Of a stretch of DNA of 64,000 nucleotides, positions 63,417 to 64,000 are shown one piece after another. This DNA comes from Clostridiales bacterium. GTDB lineage: Bacteria > Bacillota > Clostridia > Christensenellales > QALW01. Both the position numbers and the translations under genes were made by a program. Where the stretch lies: the NCBI GenBank assembly GCA_015069575.1, contig SVIH01000002.1:75508-139507 (forward strand), read 5' to 3'. How positions within the stretch are numbered: position 1 is the stretch's first letter; each line of letters begins with the position of its first letter. The notes beneath the pieces were generated by a model. It searched no databases. It saw only the letters and a list, made by a program, of their open reading frames with translations, and was not told where the DNA came from.

Positions 63417-64000
63417 ATGTTAACAAAAAGGGATAAAAACAGTGGTAAAACTGCAAGAAATAACTACCGTAAACAAAGGCGGAATATAATTCTGTCCCTT
63501 ATTTACAGTATAATTACTTGTATTGTAATTGTTTTGCTGGTTCTTTTTGAAGTTATGCCTCAGACCCATACCGTTCATGTAGGTGAAATCGCCAGCGAAA
63601 CCATCTACGCAATCGGTGAAGTTGAAGATCCTTTGGAAACACAAAAAAAGGAACAGGCAGCATCAGATGCAGTTGCAGATATATATGTTGCAGATGAAAA
63701 CAAAACCAATGAACTTTTAACATATTTTGAAAATACGGTTTTTCTTAATATTGAGTATGTATCAAACTACGGAAATACCATAAGAGGCGGCAAGGAAAAC
63801 ACAGGAAATTACATAGTTCAGTATGATCCTGTAAAAAAAGAGTCATTTTTAAAAAGCGAACTTTCATTTATTACAGATTCTGTAGATATGATAAAGGATA
63901 ACGCTCTTACAAAAGGACAGAAAATAGTTGCAATACTTGATAGTAATCCTAAAGATGTACAGGCTTTAAAGGAATGGTTTATTCCTAAATTAACCCAATG
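63417..64000 (+). CDS. N-terminal part of an HD-domain membrane phosphohydrolase (YqfF/PgpH-like); 3' end beyond the window
   Basis: ATG 63417 opens a frame with no stop to nt 64000. N-terminal TM then extracellular region. Position after phoH matches Bacillus yqfF. The HD domain itself is not in the window. Confidence 0.55.
   Translation, partial: MLTKRDKNSGKTARNNYRKQRRNIILSLIYSIITCIVIVLLVLFEVMPQTHTVHVGEIASETIYAIGEVEDPLETQKKEQAASDAVADIYVADENKTNELLTYFENTVFLNIEYVSNYGNTIRGGKENTGNYIVQYDPVKKESFLKSELSFITDSVDMIKDNALTKGQKIVAILDSNPKDVQALKEWFIPKLTQ

Noticed and set aside
63420-63644. 74-aa minus-strand ORF after phoH.
   Set aside because: It is antisense to an open plus-strand frame that starts at 63417, runs to the window end and fits the conserved phoH-yqfF (pgpH) synteny.

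Overview
64-kb chromosomal window from a low-GC, endospore-forming Firmicute with Clostridia-type gene content: spoIVA, a gerA-family A-C-B operon, the rpsU / yqfC-yqfD-phoH-pgpH block, radA-yacL and rsmE-mtaB. It holds about 60 protein genes, mostly housekeeping (aspS, purC, trxA, fused ispDF, radA, nfo, an alaS-like gene, dnaB, leuS, rpsU), plus a six-tRNA cluster (Gly-Arg-His-Gln-Lys-Val). I found no rRNA, CRISPR array, transposase, integrase or phage structural genes. Unusual spots: (i) a GC-rich two-gene insert between aspS and purC encodes an HTH-Fic AMPylase and an MmeI-family type IIL restriction-modification enzyme, whose central ~0.9 kb (post-NPPF/specificity region) is a low-GC cassette. 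(ii) A 1.25-kb islet bounded by a 15-bp direct repeat of the tRNA-Val 3' end carries a NERD/zinc-ribbon gene and is followed by low-GC orphan genes. (iii) A promoter, a 27-codon leader ORF and an intrinsic terminator sit directly in front of a CNNM/CorC-type transporter gene. (iv) There are small ORFs absent from the ORF track: rpsU, a two-TM ORF wedged into the ger operon, and a 55-codon ORF with a sigma-E-like promoter. (v) A 596-aa AlaRS lacks the C-Ala and beta-barrel modules. All calls rest on reading translated motifs, hand-folded hairpins and hand GC counts. No database search or alignment was run, so family names come from recall.
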